Below are positions 40,058 to 50,733 of a stretch of 64,000 nucleotides of DNA, one piece after another. This stretch comes from Promethearchaeia archaeon (lineage in GTDB: Archaea > Asgardarchaeota > Lokiarchaeia > Sigyniarchaeales > SOKP01): positions 64,001-128,000 of the forward strand of contig JAWOCD010000057.1 of NCBI GenBank assembly GCA_046483985.1, written 5' to 3'. The stretch's first letter is position 1. The number at the start of each line of letters is the position of its first letter. The notes beneath the pieces were generated by a model. It worked only from the letters and a program-made list of their open reading frames with translations, searched no databases and was not told the origin of the DNA. The position numbers were made by a program, and so were the translations under genes.

Positions 40058-40894
40058 TTATTCCTTTTTTTGCTTGAGTACAGCTTCTTTTGTTTCGGTA
40101 GATATAAAATGTCTAAACAAATGCTCATATCCTTTGACTTGTTTGGACCTTCCGTTTTCTAACCACAAACCAGAAGTATATTCGGGGGCTTCTTTAACAT
40201 TGTCCAATGTTGTAAGGAGAAAATCATTGTCGGCAATTAATAGACCAAAAGGAAGCACGGTATCCCCTACGATATTGTGAATTTCAATATTTACCTTGAG
40301 TAACTTTTTAATTTCCTCCTTTAAGTCTTCGAAATATTTTAGTGCAAGAATAATACGGATATCCTCTCCGAGATTAAATTTTTTATTCCATAATTCCTTG
40401 GTAATCCATTCATAGCCTCCAAATTCTTCAATTATTAAATCGGGGGTAATGATAAAGAAAATCCTTGATTCGGCTTTTTCAATTAAATCAGTTATTTTTT
40501 TCCTTAGCTTTTTCCGAGTATCAATTGCCCATACTTGTGCATCTTCTCGAATTTCTTTTTCATCTTCCATTTTTTTTATGACTTTTTCTAAAAGTATCGT
40601 TTCATCTATTTTTTTCTTATATCGGTCTCTAATTGATTTAAAGATGCGCTCTATTGGGATAGCTTGATAGCGTGCGCCTCGTTTCACAGGTTCCTTTCGG
40701 ATATATCCTTTTTTAATCAGTCGTTTAAGAGAATCATAAACGCGTGCTCTATCTACTCCCGAATACTTTGCAATATCCGCAGGCGAAAGTATTTTATATT
40801 TACAGAGAGTAAGCAAGCATTTTGAGTCATTTTTAGTAAATCCTAACTTCTGTAATTTATGTGTTATGTCAGAATCATTCAAATCTGGTTCCAC
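40058..40894 (-). CDS. TrmB family transcription regulator
   Basis: LQKLGFT, IAKYSGVDRARVYDSLKRL..KG, then a C-terminal effector domain. Confidence 0.88.
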   Translation of the reverse strand: MEPDLNDSDITHKLQKLGFTKNDSKCLLTLCKYKILSPADIAKYSGVDRARVYDSLKRLIKKGYIRKEPVKRGARYQAIPIERIFKSIRDRYKKKIDETILLEKVIKKMEDEKEIREDAQVWAIDTRKKLRKKITDLIEKAESRIFFIITPDLIIEEFGGYEWITKELWNKKFNLGEDIRIILALKYFEDLKEEIKKLLKVNIEIHNIVGDTVLPFGLLIADNDFLLTTLDNVKEAPEYTSGLWLENGRSKQVKGYEHLFRHFISTETKEAVLKQKKE

Positions 40895-41477
40895 ATCGGT
40901 TTCAGAATCTAAAATAGAAAGTTAAACCCCTTTTTGATTTTTAATACTGTACTATACATAATCTTGAAATTACTATTTTAATTTTAGTATACCTTAGAAT
41001 TTAAATATATAGATTGATTACCTTACCATCAATTCTTTTTGAATTTAATTTAAGATTATACGAATTGTAATGATTATCTTTCCATATTGCTAACAAAATG
41101 AGAATAATTTGATTCGATTAATACATACCACTTGTCTTTTTAACATTTTTTTTATGATTTTTGCTGAGGGTATTTGGAAAAATCTTATTAGATTTTATGG
41201 GTAAATAATAGACATTTTTTATTGAATCATTAATAAAATTGCTAATAAAAAAATATGGTTTTTATATTAATAGTTAATTAAATATTGGATCTTATATTTT
41301 GTCGGTTAGATAGATATTCCAATCAGATATTTCAATTTTTATTTTTCGATTGATCAGATTACCTTAAATTAAAAACTGAATCATAAGATTTAAATATCTG
41401 TAAATCCAATATTTATTTAAATATTATAAAATCTTTTATAAAATTTTAAAAATAATGTGGAGGAATGAATTTTAAAA

Positions 41478-41687
41478 ATGGCTAAAGGTGGTTATATAGC
41501 AAAGGCTCCAATCCGAAGATTAATGAAACGTGAAGGTGCGGACCTTGTAGCGGCAGATGCCTTAGATAGATTAATTGAATTTCTTGAGAATACCGCTGCA
41601 GATGTTACAAAAGACGCTATAGATGTTACCCAAGCGGACAAAAGGAAAAGAATTACGTCTGACGATATTAGAGAAGCAACCCGATAA
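41478..41687 (+). CDS. Archaeal histone (HMf-like)
   Basis: APIRRLMK..GA..V..DA, KRKRITSDDI; GGAGG SD. Confidence 0.93.
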   Translation: MAKGGYIAKAPIRRLMKREGADLVAADALDRLIEFLENTAADVTKDAIDVTQADKRKRITSDDIREATR

Positions 41688-41785
41688 TTCTAGTATTTCA
41701 TTACCAAAAAAATCTATCTAAATTTCTTTTTTATTTTTTTATATCTCTCTTTTTGATTCCCTTTCAAGGCTATAAGTTTGATTAT

Positions 41786-42307
41786 CTATTCAAAATTGTT
41801 GAAAAATTCAGGATTTAAATAATCATCGATGTTCTCTTTCATTTTTTTCAATACCGAATCCAACCCCTCAACGACGATTCGGGATTTTCCCACGATATCA
41901 ATATATCCCAACTCTGCACCATACCGGGGCACTACGTGAAAATGCAAATGCCGTATACTTCCACCCGCATTCCTCCCTTGATTGATACCGATATTATATC
42001 CCTTCGGGGAATAAAGATCATTCAGCATCATTTGTACCCCTTGAATTGCTCGAAGAATTCTTAAACTTTCCGCTTTCGTCATATCTATAAGTTCGGTGCG
42101 GTGTGCATTCGGCACCACCATAGAGTGAGCCGGATTATAGGGATAAAGATTCAGAGAGATAAAAATCAAGTCATCTTGGTAATATTTTAACGATTTTACT
42201 GCCTCATTATCATCTCTGACAGCGCATAGAACGCAGTCGACATCGGGACGGTTTTTCCCTTGGACATAGTCCAATTTTCCAAGAGCCCTTAACCATTTTT
42301 TAAACAT
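41786..42307 (-). CDS. HIT family hydrolase
   Basis: CVLC, NLYPYNPAH, GINQG..AGGSI.HLHFHVVPR. Confidence 0.92.
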   Translation of the reverse strand: MFKKWLRALGKLDYVQGKNRPDVDCVLCAVRDDNEAVKSLKYYQDDLIFISLNLYPYNPAHSMVVPNAHRTELIDMTKAESLRILRAIQGVQMMLNDLYSPKGYNIGINQGRNAGGSIRHLHFHVVPRYGAELGYIDIVGKSRIVVEGLDSVLKKMKENIDDYLNPEFFNNFE

Positions 42308-42361
42308 ACTTTAATCTCAATTGGTTTCTTTTCATAAGATTAATTTTTTTTATTATATACG

Positions 42362-42907
42362 TTAGGTGTATAAGGAAAACCCAGGTCCTGACGAGAATTT
42401 TTTGTCTTTGGCCATTTCACCAGGTTTAATATCTCCAGAGCAATATTCCATAAGTAAAATATTACTGTAGGCGGCAACGTTAAATACCTTACGAATCGCT
42501 TGAAAGAATCGATCTTTTGCGATTTCCCCATTTTTATCTATGAAAATCTGGTCTGAAATTTTATATCGGTTATTTTCCATGTCAATATTGAAAAACATAT
42601 TCTTAAAGAAGAAGAATTTTCGTAATTCCATAAAAAAATTCATCTTTGCATCATCTGTAGAATTTAGAGCTTTAATATGTGGTTTAGAAATCTGCGTGCC
42701 AAGTTCAATATAGATCGCATCTTTTGCTTTTGGTTTGAAGACTGCTATATTCTTGCCCACAGGTCGTCCAGAGGGATCAGTTATGGGCGGAAATTTAAAT
42801 CGAAAGCCAAAATCTAGTTTCTTTTGGTTTTTTATCTTCTTAATAGCAAAATCTTCATCCATTAAGTAGTTTCTAATGAGTGTTTGAACCTTTTCATTCG
42901 ATGACAT
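42362..42907 (-). CDS. DUF2299-like hypothetical protein
   Basis: Conserved archaeal pattern (I..YL..E, IS..H...L, IF.D......FF.AI). Confidence 0.6.
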   Translation of the reverse strand: MSSNEKVQTLIRNYLMDEDFAIKKIKNQKKLDFGFRFKFPPITDPSGRPVGKNIAVFKPKAKDAIYIELGTQISKPHIKALNSTDDAKMNFFMELRKFFFFKNMFFNIDMENNRYKISDQIFIDKNGEIAKDRFFQAIRKVFNVAAYSNILLMEYCSGDIKPGEMAKDKKFSSGPGFSLYT

Positions 42908-43288
42908 AATATCTTATAATTAATTTAACTAAATTAATCTTCTCCAATCGTTTATGAAGTGAGAATTCACGAGAGAAAAATAAAAAATAAAAAGTTAAAT
43001 TAGAGATCAGTTATTAGATTTGAAGATAAGTTCAAGAAATCGATAGAAATCTTTTCGTATTTCATAACCGTTAATTATATCAGTACTTGACTAAAAAATT
43101 ACTTCTTTTTATTGCTTTATTTGAGCGTTATTATGTATTTCTTGATCTTGTACGTCTTAGATTGGACAGTGGGAGTTATTCTCTTTATATACTTTATAAT
43201 CCGAAGGAGCAAATATACGGTTATTAATATTTATTATCTATTATACCGTTGCTAAGGTTTATTATCTATTACATCCCCTCCTTGTAAT

Positions 43289-43311
43289 TGAACTACCACG
43301 CCATTAATGGT
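43289..43311 (-). mobile_element. Degenerate IS200/IS605 right-end motif
   Basis: TGAACTACCACGCCATTAATGG, resembling 7809 and 23747. Confidence 0.4.
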
Positions 43312-43368
43312 AAATACACATTTAAAAAAGGATGAAAAGAATAAGATAAGATGGATATATAGATTAGA

Positions 43369-43725
43369 TTAGTATTTTCCTTTTGGCCTGGGTTGAGGGT
43401 CTACTCCAGCGTCTTCCAGTTTTTGAATATTTTTCTCTAATTCATCTTTAGGGGTGCAATAAAGAACCTCCAAACTATCCACATCAATAAACATTTTTCC
43501 AACAATACCTAACCCCATAAGTTGGTTATCTTTCCCCACAAAGGTATTATCAATGCCCATTTGAATGGCTTCTTGCCCATCGTTAATTTGAACTATTTTT
43601 GGTTGACAAGCGGTATATCCACTCCCCCGGTTGTTCATAAGGAACTTCATTAAGGCATAATCCAACTCATCGGAAATTTCCACATCATCATCAATAACCT
43701 TAACTACATTTGGAGAATCTGACAT
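43369..43725 (-). CDS. Hypothetical protein
   Basis: 118-aa ORF with host-like composition. Confidence 0.75.
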   Translation of the reverse strand: MSDSPNVVKVIDDDVEISDELDYALMKFLMNNRGSGYTACQPKIVQINDGQEAIQMGIDNTFVGKDNQLMGLGIVGKMFIDVDSLEVLYCTPKDELEKNIQKLEDAGVDPQPRPKGKY

Positions 43726-43812
43726 ATTAAAAATAATGATTTTTCATAAAATTAAATCTTATGTTTTTCAGATTAATTAAGCAAAAAAAAGAGAATAAAA
43801 AGCGAGGATTAA

Positions 43813-44076
43813 TTATTCTTCTTTATTAATCCTTACTTGATCCACGCTATGTAATGAGCAATTTAACTGGTTTAATGCATCTGTTATTTTTTCTAAGGAA
43901 ATCTCTTCTGTTCCACCTACTTTGATAAAGAGAGATGTTGTTTTCTGATCTATCTCATCAACTTTAATGCGAACATGATTGACTCCTTTGAGTTCAATTA
44001 AGGATCTTGCTAATACATCAGAATTCGGCTGGTGGGGTTTTAAGACATCTAAATTATAAGTGATGTTCATTTTCAT
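43813..44076 (-). CDS. DUF211 family protein
   Basis: LDVLKPHQP, EIDQKT, SLHSVDQV. Confidence 0.85.
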   Translation of the reverse strand: MKMNITYNLDVLKPHQPNSDVLARSLIELKGVNHVRIKVDEIDQKTTSLFIKVGGTEEISLEKITDALNQLNCSLHSVDQVRINKEE

Positions 44077-44151
44077 TTTATATGTTCATTTACTCTTGTA
44101 GATTATATAAAAATTTCTCATTTAAAAAATTATTATTTCTCGGATTTAGAT

Positions 44152-44841
44152 TTATAATAATTCTATTAAAACCGAGATGAGACGTTGAGGGATGTCATGC
44201 TCTTCAATAACATAATCAGCTTGCAAAAAGGTCTTTTTTTTAGTGAATTTCGATATCTTAGTATTAATTGCAATTGAGATTGCTCCGGCATTCTGTGCAC
44301 CTTCAATATCACGACTAGTATCTCCAAGTACAACAATCTCAGAAGGTTCAACTTCTAACTTACTGCAGATAGTTAACAAGTGGTCTGGGTGTGGTTTAGC
44401 GTTTTTAATATTATCACGACCCACGATTACATTAAAATATCTAATTAGCCCAGCTTGTTCCAGGGAAACTTGAGCATTTTGCCGGGTATTGAAAGTATAA
44501 ATGGCTTGTTTAAGATGATTATTATGAGCAAACTTAAGGACATGCTCAATTCCATCTACTTTTGTGGCATCGAGTGCAGCTTCATATTCTATTGCTATAA
44601 CAGCCTTGTCTACTTTCTCGATTACCTTTTGAATATAATCATCGTCTTTCCCTTGCACGCGTAAAATCTCCCTCGATTTTTGGATATTTTCTAGAATGCT
44701 TTTCTTTATGGTAAGATCTTCTTTGGGAATGCCGTGTTTTTTTAAAATCTTTATTGCGGCTTTTCGAGCGCGGATAAAATCGATTTTAAAATGGATAAGT
44801 GTTCCATCCAGATCCCAAACTAATGCTCTAATGTCTGCCAT
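44152..44841 (-). CDS. HAD-superfamily phosphatase
   Basis: WDLDGTL, KPHPD, GDTSRDI. Confidence 0.92.
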   Translation of the reverse strand: MADIRALVWDLDGTLIHFKIDFIRARKAAIKILKKHGIPKEDLTIKKSILENIQKSREILRVQGKDDDYIQKVIEKVDKAVIAIEYEAALDATKVDGIEHVLKFAHNNHLKQAIYTFNTRQNAQVSLEQAGLIRYFNVIVGRDNIKNAKPHPDHLLTICSKLEVEPSEIVVLGDTSRDIEGAQNAGAISIAINTKISKFTKKKTFLQADYVIEEHDIPQRLISVLIELL

Positions 44842-44853
44842 AGTTTATTCGAT

Positions 44854-45447
44854 TCAATCATAGGTTAAATCGGAATAGATTGGTCCTTTTGGAGTCAACT
44901 TTGATTTTTTCAATTTAACCTTATCCATGGTAAAAGGGCCGAATTCATAGGTTCTTTTATCTTTAACTGCTTGTTTTAAATCATCAAACTTATCATAATC
45001 TATCCGTTTTTTCTTCAATCGTGCAATAGTGAGATGAGGTTTATAATCCCGATAGTTATCTTTTTTAATTTTCAACTGTGAATTGAGAGAATTCTCAATG
45101 GTGTCTTTTACTTCCTGTAAGAATTCCATGTCCCCATTTACCCTAAGCCAAATTATGCCGTAGTTTCGGAATTGACCAGTTCCCTCGACTTTATAGGTAA
45201 GTTCTTGGCCTCGGAATAGTTTTTCATTCACTTTACTTTCCAAGATTCGATAAATTTTAGGAGCTGTTGACTCTCTGATGTTACCGAGAAATTTAACGGT
45301 GAGGTGTAAGTTTTGGGGTTCAATCGGTTTTAAACCCTGCTGAATTCCCTCCAATTTATTTTGAAAAGAGATAATATTTTGCTTGGTTGCCTTATCTTCT
45401 AAATCAATCGAAATGAAAGAGCGAATCGTCATTTTTATTAAACACAC
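44854..45447 (-). CDS. thpR: RNA 2',3'-cyclic phosphodiesterase (2H family)
   Basis: RSFISI, HLTVKFLG, PHLTIAR, SKLTPKGPIY. Confidence 0.92.
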   Translation of the reverse strand: MCLIKMTIRSFISIDLEDKATKQNIISFQNKLEGIQQGLKPIEPQNLHLTVKFLGNIRESTAPKIYRILESKVNEKLFRGQELTYKVEGTGQFRNYGIIWLRVNGDMEFLQEVKDTIENSLNSQLKIKKDNYRDYKPHLTIARLKKKRIDYDKFDDLKQAVKDKRTYEFGPFTMDKVKLKKSKLTPKGPIYSDLTYD

Positions 45448-45459
45448 TTATATTTTAAA

Positions 45460-46599
45460 TTAATTTTTTGTTTTCCAATAATCTTTAATTTTCCATTCCT
45501 TTTTAGCTAATTGGTTGCGATGAGGCTTTATAATATTTATGTCCTTTAAATCTTCAAGATTTGATGATTCTAATAGAGAAATGATGTCGTTTAAAAAAAT
45601 AATGTCCATTTGGCCGCGAGTATCGGCATCGGCAGAAGCATTATGAGGCATTAAAATAATTCGTCTCTCTGGATTCTCCTTCTTAATTTTTTTTATTCGA
45701 TTCAAAATTTCCGAAGCAACCGGCTCTTCGGGATATACATCAAACGAAAGGTTAATTTGGATCTCCTTATTCTCTATAAGGGTTAATAAATCGTCAAAAT
45801 CAAGAATCCCTCCTCTGGCAGTGTTAACCAACAGCGCATTTTTTTTCATTAACTTCAAGAGATCGGCATCAATTAGGTTTTCAGTAGACTTATTTAACGG
45901 AATGTGCAAGGAAACCACATCCGCCTCTTGGAAAATACTATCTAGTTCCTCTCGAAAATCTAAATTAGAATACTGCTCTTCCATGTTAAAGCGTCTTTTG
46001 ATATCATAATATATTATACGCAGACCCCAAGGATGAAGTCTTTTAACCAATTCCGTGCCAATCTCTCCCAACCCAACAATACCAATAGTCTTGTTATCGA
46101 TTACGGATGATAAATTTTGATCCAAATCCCATTTATCATCCGGAGTCCAGTTTCCATTCCATACATATGCCTGCAGATCAATTAAATTCCTCAGATTTGC
46201 CATAATAAGTGCAATAGTATAATCAGCGACCGTTTTATGTAATACTCCAGGCGTGTGAGTAATAAGGATATCTTCTTTTTCTGGTCTTTCGATATGATTG
46301 AACCCGGCTGTTGAAGTGGCAACCGCAAAGACATCTGATTTTTTAAGCCATTGTGCCTTGATAGGATGGCTTAAATGACAGCCCACTATGTGTGGATTAA
46401 AATTCTCTATATCTCCTTTAATTTGCCCTGAAAGGGGAAATCGGCCATCGAAAACCTTAACATTTGCCAATTCATCCAAATTCTGCCACAGATTTTGTAT
46501 TTTCTTCCTAATTTTTACATTAATTTGTTCGTTTGCACCAAGTTCGTCGGGAGTAAACACATCTGAGGTAAAATAGACACGGGGTTTATTGGAACTCAT
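45460..46599 (-). CDS. D-isomer-specific 2-hydroxyacid dehydrogenase
   Basis: GLGEIG, HIPL, NTARG, DVYPEEP, PHNAS. Confidence 0.9.
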   Translation of the reverse strand: MSSNKPRVYFTSDVFTPDELGANEQINVKIRKKIQNLWQNLDELANVKVFDGRFPLSGQIKGDIENFNPHIVGCHLSHPIKAQWLKKSDVFAVATSTAGFNHIERPEKEDILITHTPGVLHKTVADYTIALIMANLRNLIDLQAYVWNGNWTPDDKWDLDQNLSSVIDNKTIGIVGLGEIGTELVKRLHPWGLRIIYYDIKRRFNMEEQYSNLDFREELDSIFQEADVVSLHIPLNKSTENLIDADLLKLMKKNALLVNTARGGILDFDDLLTLIENKEIQINLSFDVYPEEPVASEILNRIKKIKKENPERRIILMPHNASADADTRGQMDIIFLNDIISLLESSNLEDLKDINIIKPHRNQLAKKEWKIKDYWKTKN

Positions 46600-46728
46600 A
46601 TTACAATCTAAAGAAGGATGGTTATATTAATTTTATTCTTTTAAAATCTTGATAATTCTCGAAATAAAGAATTATAAACAATTATATTTATTTAAAATTA
46701 AATAGTTGGAAATAAAAGGTATAACCCT

Positions 46729-47541
46729 ATGACCCGTCCGTTATGGTTTGTCAAGCTTATTGAGATTTTCTTCCCGTATGTTAAAAAAATCGCCAAGCTA
46801 ACGCGCATTCCCATTTTAAAATATCTACTTGACATCTCTCTGTTCAAGGGAGATGACATTATCTATCTACCAAAAGATAATACCATCGACACAGATGAGG
46901 ATGTTCAAATACCAGACAATATGGTGTTACCTTCGGATATTGTGAAATATTTCATAAAACGGACCGGTTATCATTGGATCATGAATTTTTGCATTTGTAG
47001 ACGGTCAATGCAATGTGAAAATTATCCCATTAATTATGGTTGTCTCTTCTTAGGGAAGGGAATACTCGAAATTAATCCAAAGTTAGGGCGACGAGTCACC
47101 GAGCAAGAGGCATTGAATTACGTTGATAAATGTAGGAAGGAAGGTTTAGTTCATATGATCGGTCGAAACAGATTAGATGCTCAATGGCTCGGTGTACAAA
47201 AGGGTAAACGGTTATTAAGTATTTGTAATTGTTGTGAATGCTGCTGTCTATGGAGAATCACTCCGAGACTTCACCCTTCTCTTGGAAGGAATATCAAAAA
47301 GATGTCCGGAGTAAGAGTTCGCGTTACTAATAAGTGTGTTGGTTGCGGCACTTGCAGCGAGGTCTGTTTTGTAAATGCGATAAAAATTAAAAAAAATAAA
47401 GCAATAATTACAGAGGGATGCCGAGGATGTGGACGATGCGTAGAGATTTGCCCTCAAAGGGCTATTCAATTATCCATCTCAAATACAGACTATTTTAATT
47501 CCACGGTTAATGAAATTGACGAGCTTGTTAACCTAAAATAA
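46729..47541 (+). CDS. Cys-rich 4Fe-4S ferredoxin-domain protein
   Basis: CICR, CNCCECCC, CVGCGTC..VC, CRGCGRC..CP. Confidence 0.88.
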   Translation: MTRPLWFVKLIEIFFPYVKKIAKLTRIPILKYLLDISLFKGDDIIYLPKDNTIDTDEDVQIPDNMVLPSDIVKYFIKRTGYHWIMNFCICRRSMQCENYPINYGCLFLGKGILEINPKLGRRVTEQEALNYVDKCRKEGLVHMIGRNRLDAQWLGVQKGKRLLSICNCCECCCLWRITPRLHPSLGRNIKKMSGVRVRVTNKCVGCGTCSEVCFVNAIKIKKNKAIITEGCRGCGRCVEICPQRAIQLSISNTDYFNSTVNEIDELVNLK

Positions 47542-47600
47542 TGCAGAGAGAATGGAAAAAAAGCAGATTTTGGAAGGTCTAAAAGATGAGATAAAAAGTT

Positions 47601-49064
47601 TTAAGAGTCCTGTGTTTCGTCATTATTCCGCCAATAATAGTTTTCTTTCTTAAGGTTATGCACACGTGTCCTTTTCTTTACAGCAGATGCCGCTTGGACG
47701 ACTTCCTTTATACTATGAAAAACGGGAATATTTGCCAGTTCCAGAGATTGAATAATCAATGAATATTTCTCTACATAGGGAACAAAGCAGATTACCGGTT
47801 TTTTATGCATGCTTACAATGTTTGAGATTCTTCTTCCGACTTGGAATGAAATATTTGGAGGATACGGAAGCAAGAGGAGTAAAATGCATTCTATTCGTTC
47901 GATTTTAGATAAGTATTCCAGTAAATTTTCAATATCTTTATCCAATACCGACCCCGTCAAATCAATTGGATTATTAAATGCAGCAATTTTTCTAGCTGTT
48001 GGATTCATCTGAGCCTTCATAGCCTTACGCTCTTCTTCGGTAAATTCTACCGCATGTAACCCGTACTTCTCTATTAGGTCTGCACATATAACCCCATGTC
48101 CACCTGAAACGGAAAGGATTACCACATTTCCATATTTTATTATGTCTTCATCGAATGGTCTTTTCTTTTGGGAGAGAACATCATAGACTTTTAGAGTTGT
48201 AAGCAACTCACCTTCAGAATGAGGTTGAATCACTAAATTTTGTTGTAAGGCGGCAGATAGGATTTTATAGTTTCCCGCCAAACTCCCCGTGTGTGACTGC
48301 GTAGCAACCCGCCCTTGTTCGGTTACTCCGCCAAAGAAACTTATGACCGTATCGGGTGACTTTCTTGCCAACTCTAAGAATCTTCGTGCTCTATTTTCCT
48401 TAAAACCTTCTAAATAGAAGGCGATATTTTTGGTGTCTGGATCCTTTGTACTGAAATAGTCCAAAAGCATACTTTCATCTACTACTGCTCTATTTCCTAT
48501 CGATACCGCAGTACTAACACCGATATTCCGCTCCTCGAATTTCACAAAGAATTGATCGACTAAAAATCCGCCCGATTGACTTATTAGAGCAACTGAACCT
48601 TTCGGAGGACGGGTAATTCTTTCAGTGGGAAGAAATACAGTATCAATTAGGGGTGGTTTATACACACCAATACAATTCGGTCCTAAGACTGCCAAGTCAT
48701 TATCAAATGCGATTTTCTCCAGTTTATTTTGAAGTTCTATCCCCTTTCCACCGACTTCTGCAAATCCCCCACCTATAATGATAGCGGACGGGATACCTAT
48801 ATCAACTGCTTGTTGGATATAATCTAATGTATCTTCAGGACCCAATGCAATTGCTAAGACATCAGGGACTTCTGGTAAGTCCTCGAGACTCTTGTATAAC
48901 TTTATCCCTTCAATTTCCCCACCATCTGGATATACTCCATAAACTTTTACCTTCATTTCAAATTCATTCTTCAACAAAATAATCCTTCCAGGAGATAACG
49001 GATTACTTTTCGAAATACCTACAACAGCCATCGATTCCGGTCGAAATAATCTCTCTAAATCCAT
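47601..49064 (-). CDS. Acyl-CoA synthetase (NDP-forming) alpha-subunit-like
   Basis: GGGFAE, LGPNCIG, SQSGG, SHTGSLAG phospho-His, NPIDLTG. Confidence 0.9.
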   Translation of the reverse strand: MDLERLFRPESMAVVGISKSNPLSPGRIILLKNEFEMKVKVYGVYPDGGEIEGIKLYKSLEDLPEVPDVLAIALGPEDTLDYIQQAVDIGIPSAIIIGGGFAEVGGKGIELQNKLEKIAFDNDLAVLGPNCIGVYKPPLIDTVFLPTERITRPPKGSVALISQSGGFLVDQFFVKFEERNIGVSTAVSIGNRAVVDESMLLDYFSTKDPDTKNIAFYLEGFKENRARRFLELARKSPDTVISFFGGVTEQGRVATQSHTGSLAGNYKILSAALQQNLVIQPHSEGELLTTLKVYDVLSQKKRPFDEDIIKYGNVVILSVSGGHGVICADLIEKYGLHAVEFTEEERKAMKAQMNPTARKIAAFNNPIDLTGSVLDKDIENLLEYLSKIERIECILLLLLPYPPNISFQVGRRISNIVSMHKKPVICFVPYVEKYSLIIQSLELANIPVFHSIKEVVQAASAVKKRTRVHNLKKENYYWRNNDETQDS

Positions 49065-49331
49065 TTTTCTATCTTACCTACTTTTTATAAATGAAGTTCT
49101 CTTTATAAAAAAAGCGAAAACCTTTTTTCATTTCTTTATTATTAATCATTTCATTGGTTATAAGGGGAATACCACTCCTACCCTTCGAGTACAAAATTTT
49201 ATCTCGTTTCCGGGTAAAAATCTATTTTAATATCCTTCGTAAATTTCCCAAATTTGATCAAAATAATAACCACGATATTTAATATATTTCAACGGAAGCA
49301 GATACTTTAATTAATCTAATCCAACTTCAAC

Positions 49332-49367
49332 TTCATTACGGCGCCCTAAAGGACGACACTTTCTCGC
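49332..49367. mobile_element. Degenerate IS200/IS605-type end hairpin
   Basis: TTCATTACGGCGCCCTAAAGGACGACACTTTCTCGC resembles 568-606 and 19241-19280. Confidence 0.4.
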
Positions 49368-49533
49368 ACTCTAATGGTAAATGATAGACAAATCCAAGAA
49401 TTTCAAGAAACAGCAGAAATTAAGAGTATAGATGAATATTACAACAAATTACTTACAATAAAATAATAATAAAAAAAATAGAAAAATAAAAGATTTACTT
49501 CACATAAATTTTATCTGCGAACATGGGGTTACC

Positions 49534-50604
49534 TTAAAACTCATATCCACATTTCTTGCAGACGTGCTTCTTAGCGTACATAGGGATATGGCCTACATAA
49601 GAGAGAACTTTAGATTTGTCTTCGACAGTCTTTAGATTATCTCCCACAGCTCCGCACATCGGACATTGAACTCTCTCCTCGGATTCAAATCCTCCTTCAC
49701 CAACATCTGGGGGTTTCAACTCATTCAATTCTTCGGTAACTTCGGCAAGACTCTCTTGGGTAGTTTCAAGCTCTTCAGTGAGTTCTCCAATTTTTGCATC
49801 TTTTTCACCGAGTAATTCATTCAGATCATTAACTTTAGATTTTAATTCACTATTTTTTTCTTCCAAGGAGGACTTCTCACTTTTTACACTTTCTAACTCA
49901 GATGCTTTCGATTCAGCGGATTCCAACTCCCCTTCTAATTCAGAAATTCTCGAATTAGCCGTCTGTAATTGATCCTCTAACTCAGATGCTTTCGATTCAG
50001 CGGATTCCAACTCCCCTTCTAATTCAGAAATTCTCGAATTAGCCGTCTGTAATTGATCCTCCAACTCAGATGCTTTCGATTCAGCGGATTCCAACTCCCC
50101 TTCTAATTCAGAAATTCTCGAATTAGCCGTCTGTAATTGATCCTCTAACTCAGATGCTTTCGATTCAGCGGATTCCAACTCCCCTTCTAATTCAGAAGAT
50201 TTAGATTCTGTTTTGGCCAATTTTTGTTCTAATTCCGCAAGTTTTTGATTAGATTCTTCTGATAATTGTTGTAATGTCTGTTCCTTCTCTTGGAGGGAGG
50301 ATTCTAATTCAGAAATCTTATTATTTGCTTCACTAAGTTGTTGATTTAAATTAGAAATCTCTGCTTGGTCTTTTTGTTTTGTCGTCTCAAGTTCTTCTCG
50401 TGTATTACCCAATTTTGTTTTAGCTTCTTCAAGCTCTTGGTTAGTTGAGGTTAACTCTCCACTAGTCGAGCTGAGTTCATTTTTAGTTTCAGTTAGTTGT
50501 CTCTCAAGATCATTAACTTTGGCTCGAAGATCCAATAAAAATTTCCCTTCAATCTTTTGCTTCTTGTCTGGGGACTCTTCTGCTTTAGTCCAGTCAATAC
50601 TCAT
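49534..50604 (-). CDS. Long acidic coiled-coil protein with 28-aa repeats and a C-terminal zinc ribbon
   Basis: Heptads throughout; CPMCG...CKKCGYEF at the C-terminus. Confidence 0.88.
   Translation of the reverse strand: MSIDWTKAEESPDKKQKIEGKFLLDLRAKVNDLERQLTETKNELSSTSGELTSTNQELEEAKTKLGNTREELETTKQKDQAEISNLNQQLSEANNKISELESSLQEKEQTLQQLSEESNQKLAELEQKLAKTESKSSELEGELESAESKASELEDQLQTANSRISELEGELESAESKASELEDQLQTANSRISELEGELESAESKASELEDQLQTANSRISELEGELESAESKASELESVKSEKSSLEEKNSELKSKVNDLNELLGEKDAKIGELTEELETTQESLAEVTEELNELKPPDVGEGGFESEERVQCPMCGAVGDNLKTVEDKSKVLSYVGHIPMYAKKHVCKKCGYEF
49892..50197. repeat. 84-bp tandem repeat, ~3.6 near-identical copies
   Basis: Units start at 49893, 49977, 50061, 50145; encode SELEGELESAESKASELEDQLQTANSRI. 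Confidence 0.97.
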
Positions 50605-50733
50605 GCTTTTTATTCACTATAAGTTTTTTTAAGATTTACATTTATATATTTATATAGATAATATTATTTTTATTATTTTTTTAACTAAAATATAATATTA
50701 TAGGTTTTTAACCTTTTTCAGTTAGAAAAAGTC

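Noticed and set aside
49892-50197. CRISPR array
   Set aside because: Contiguous 84-bp coding repeats without unique spacers; no cas genes in the window
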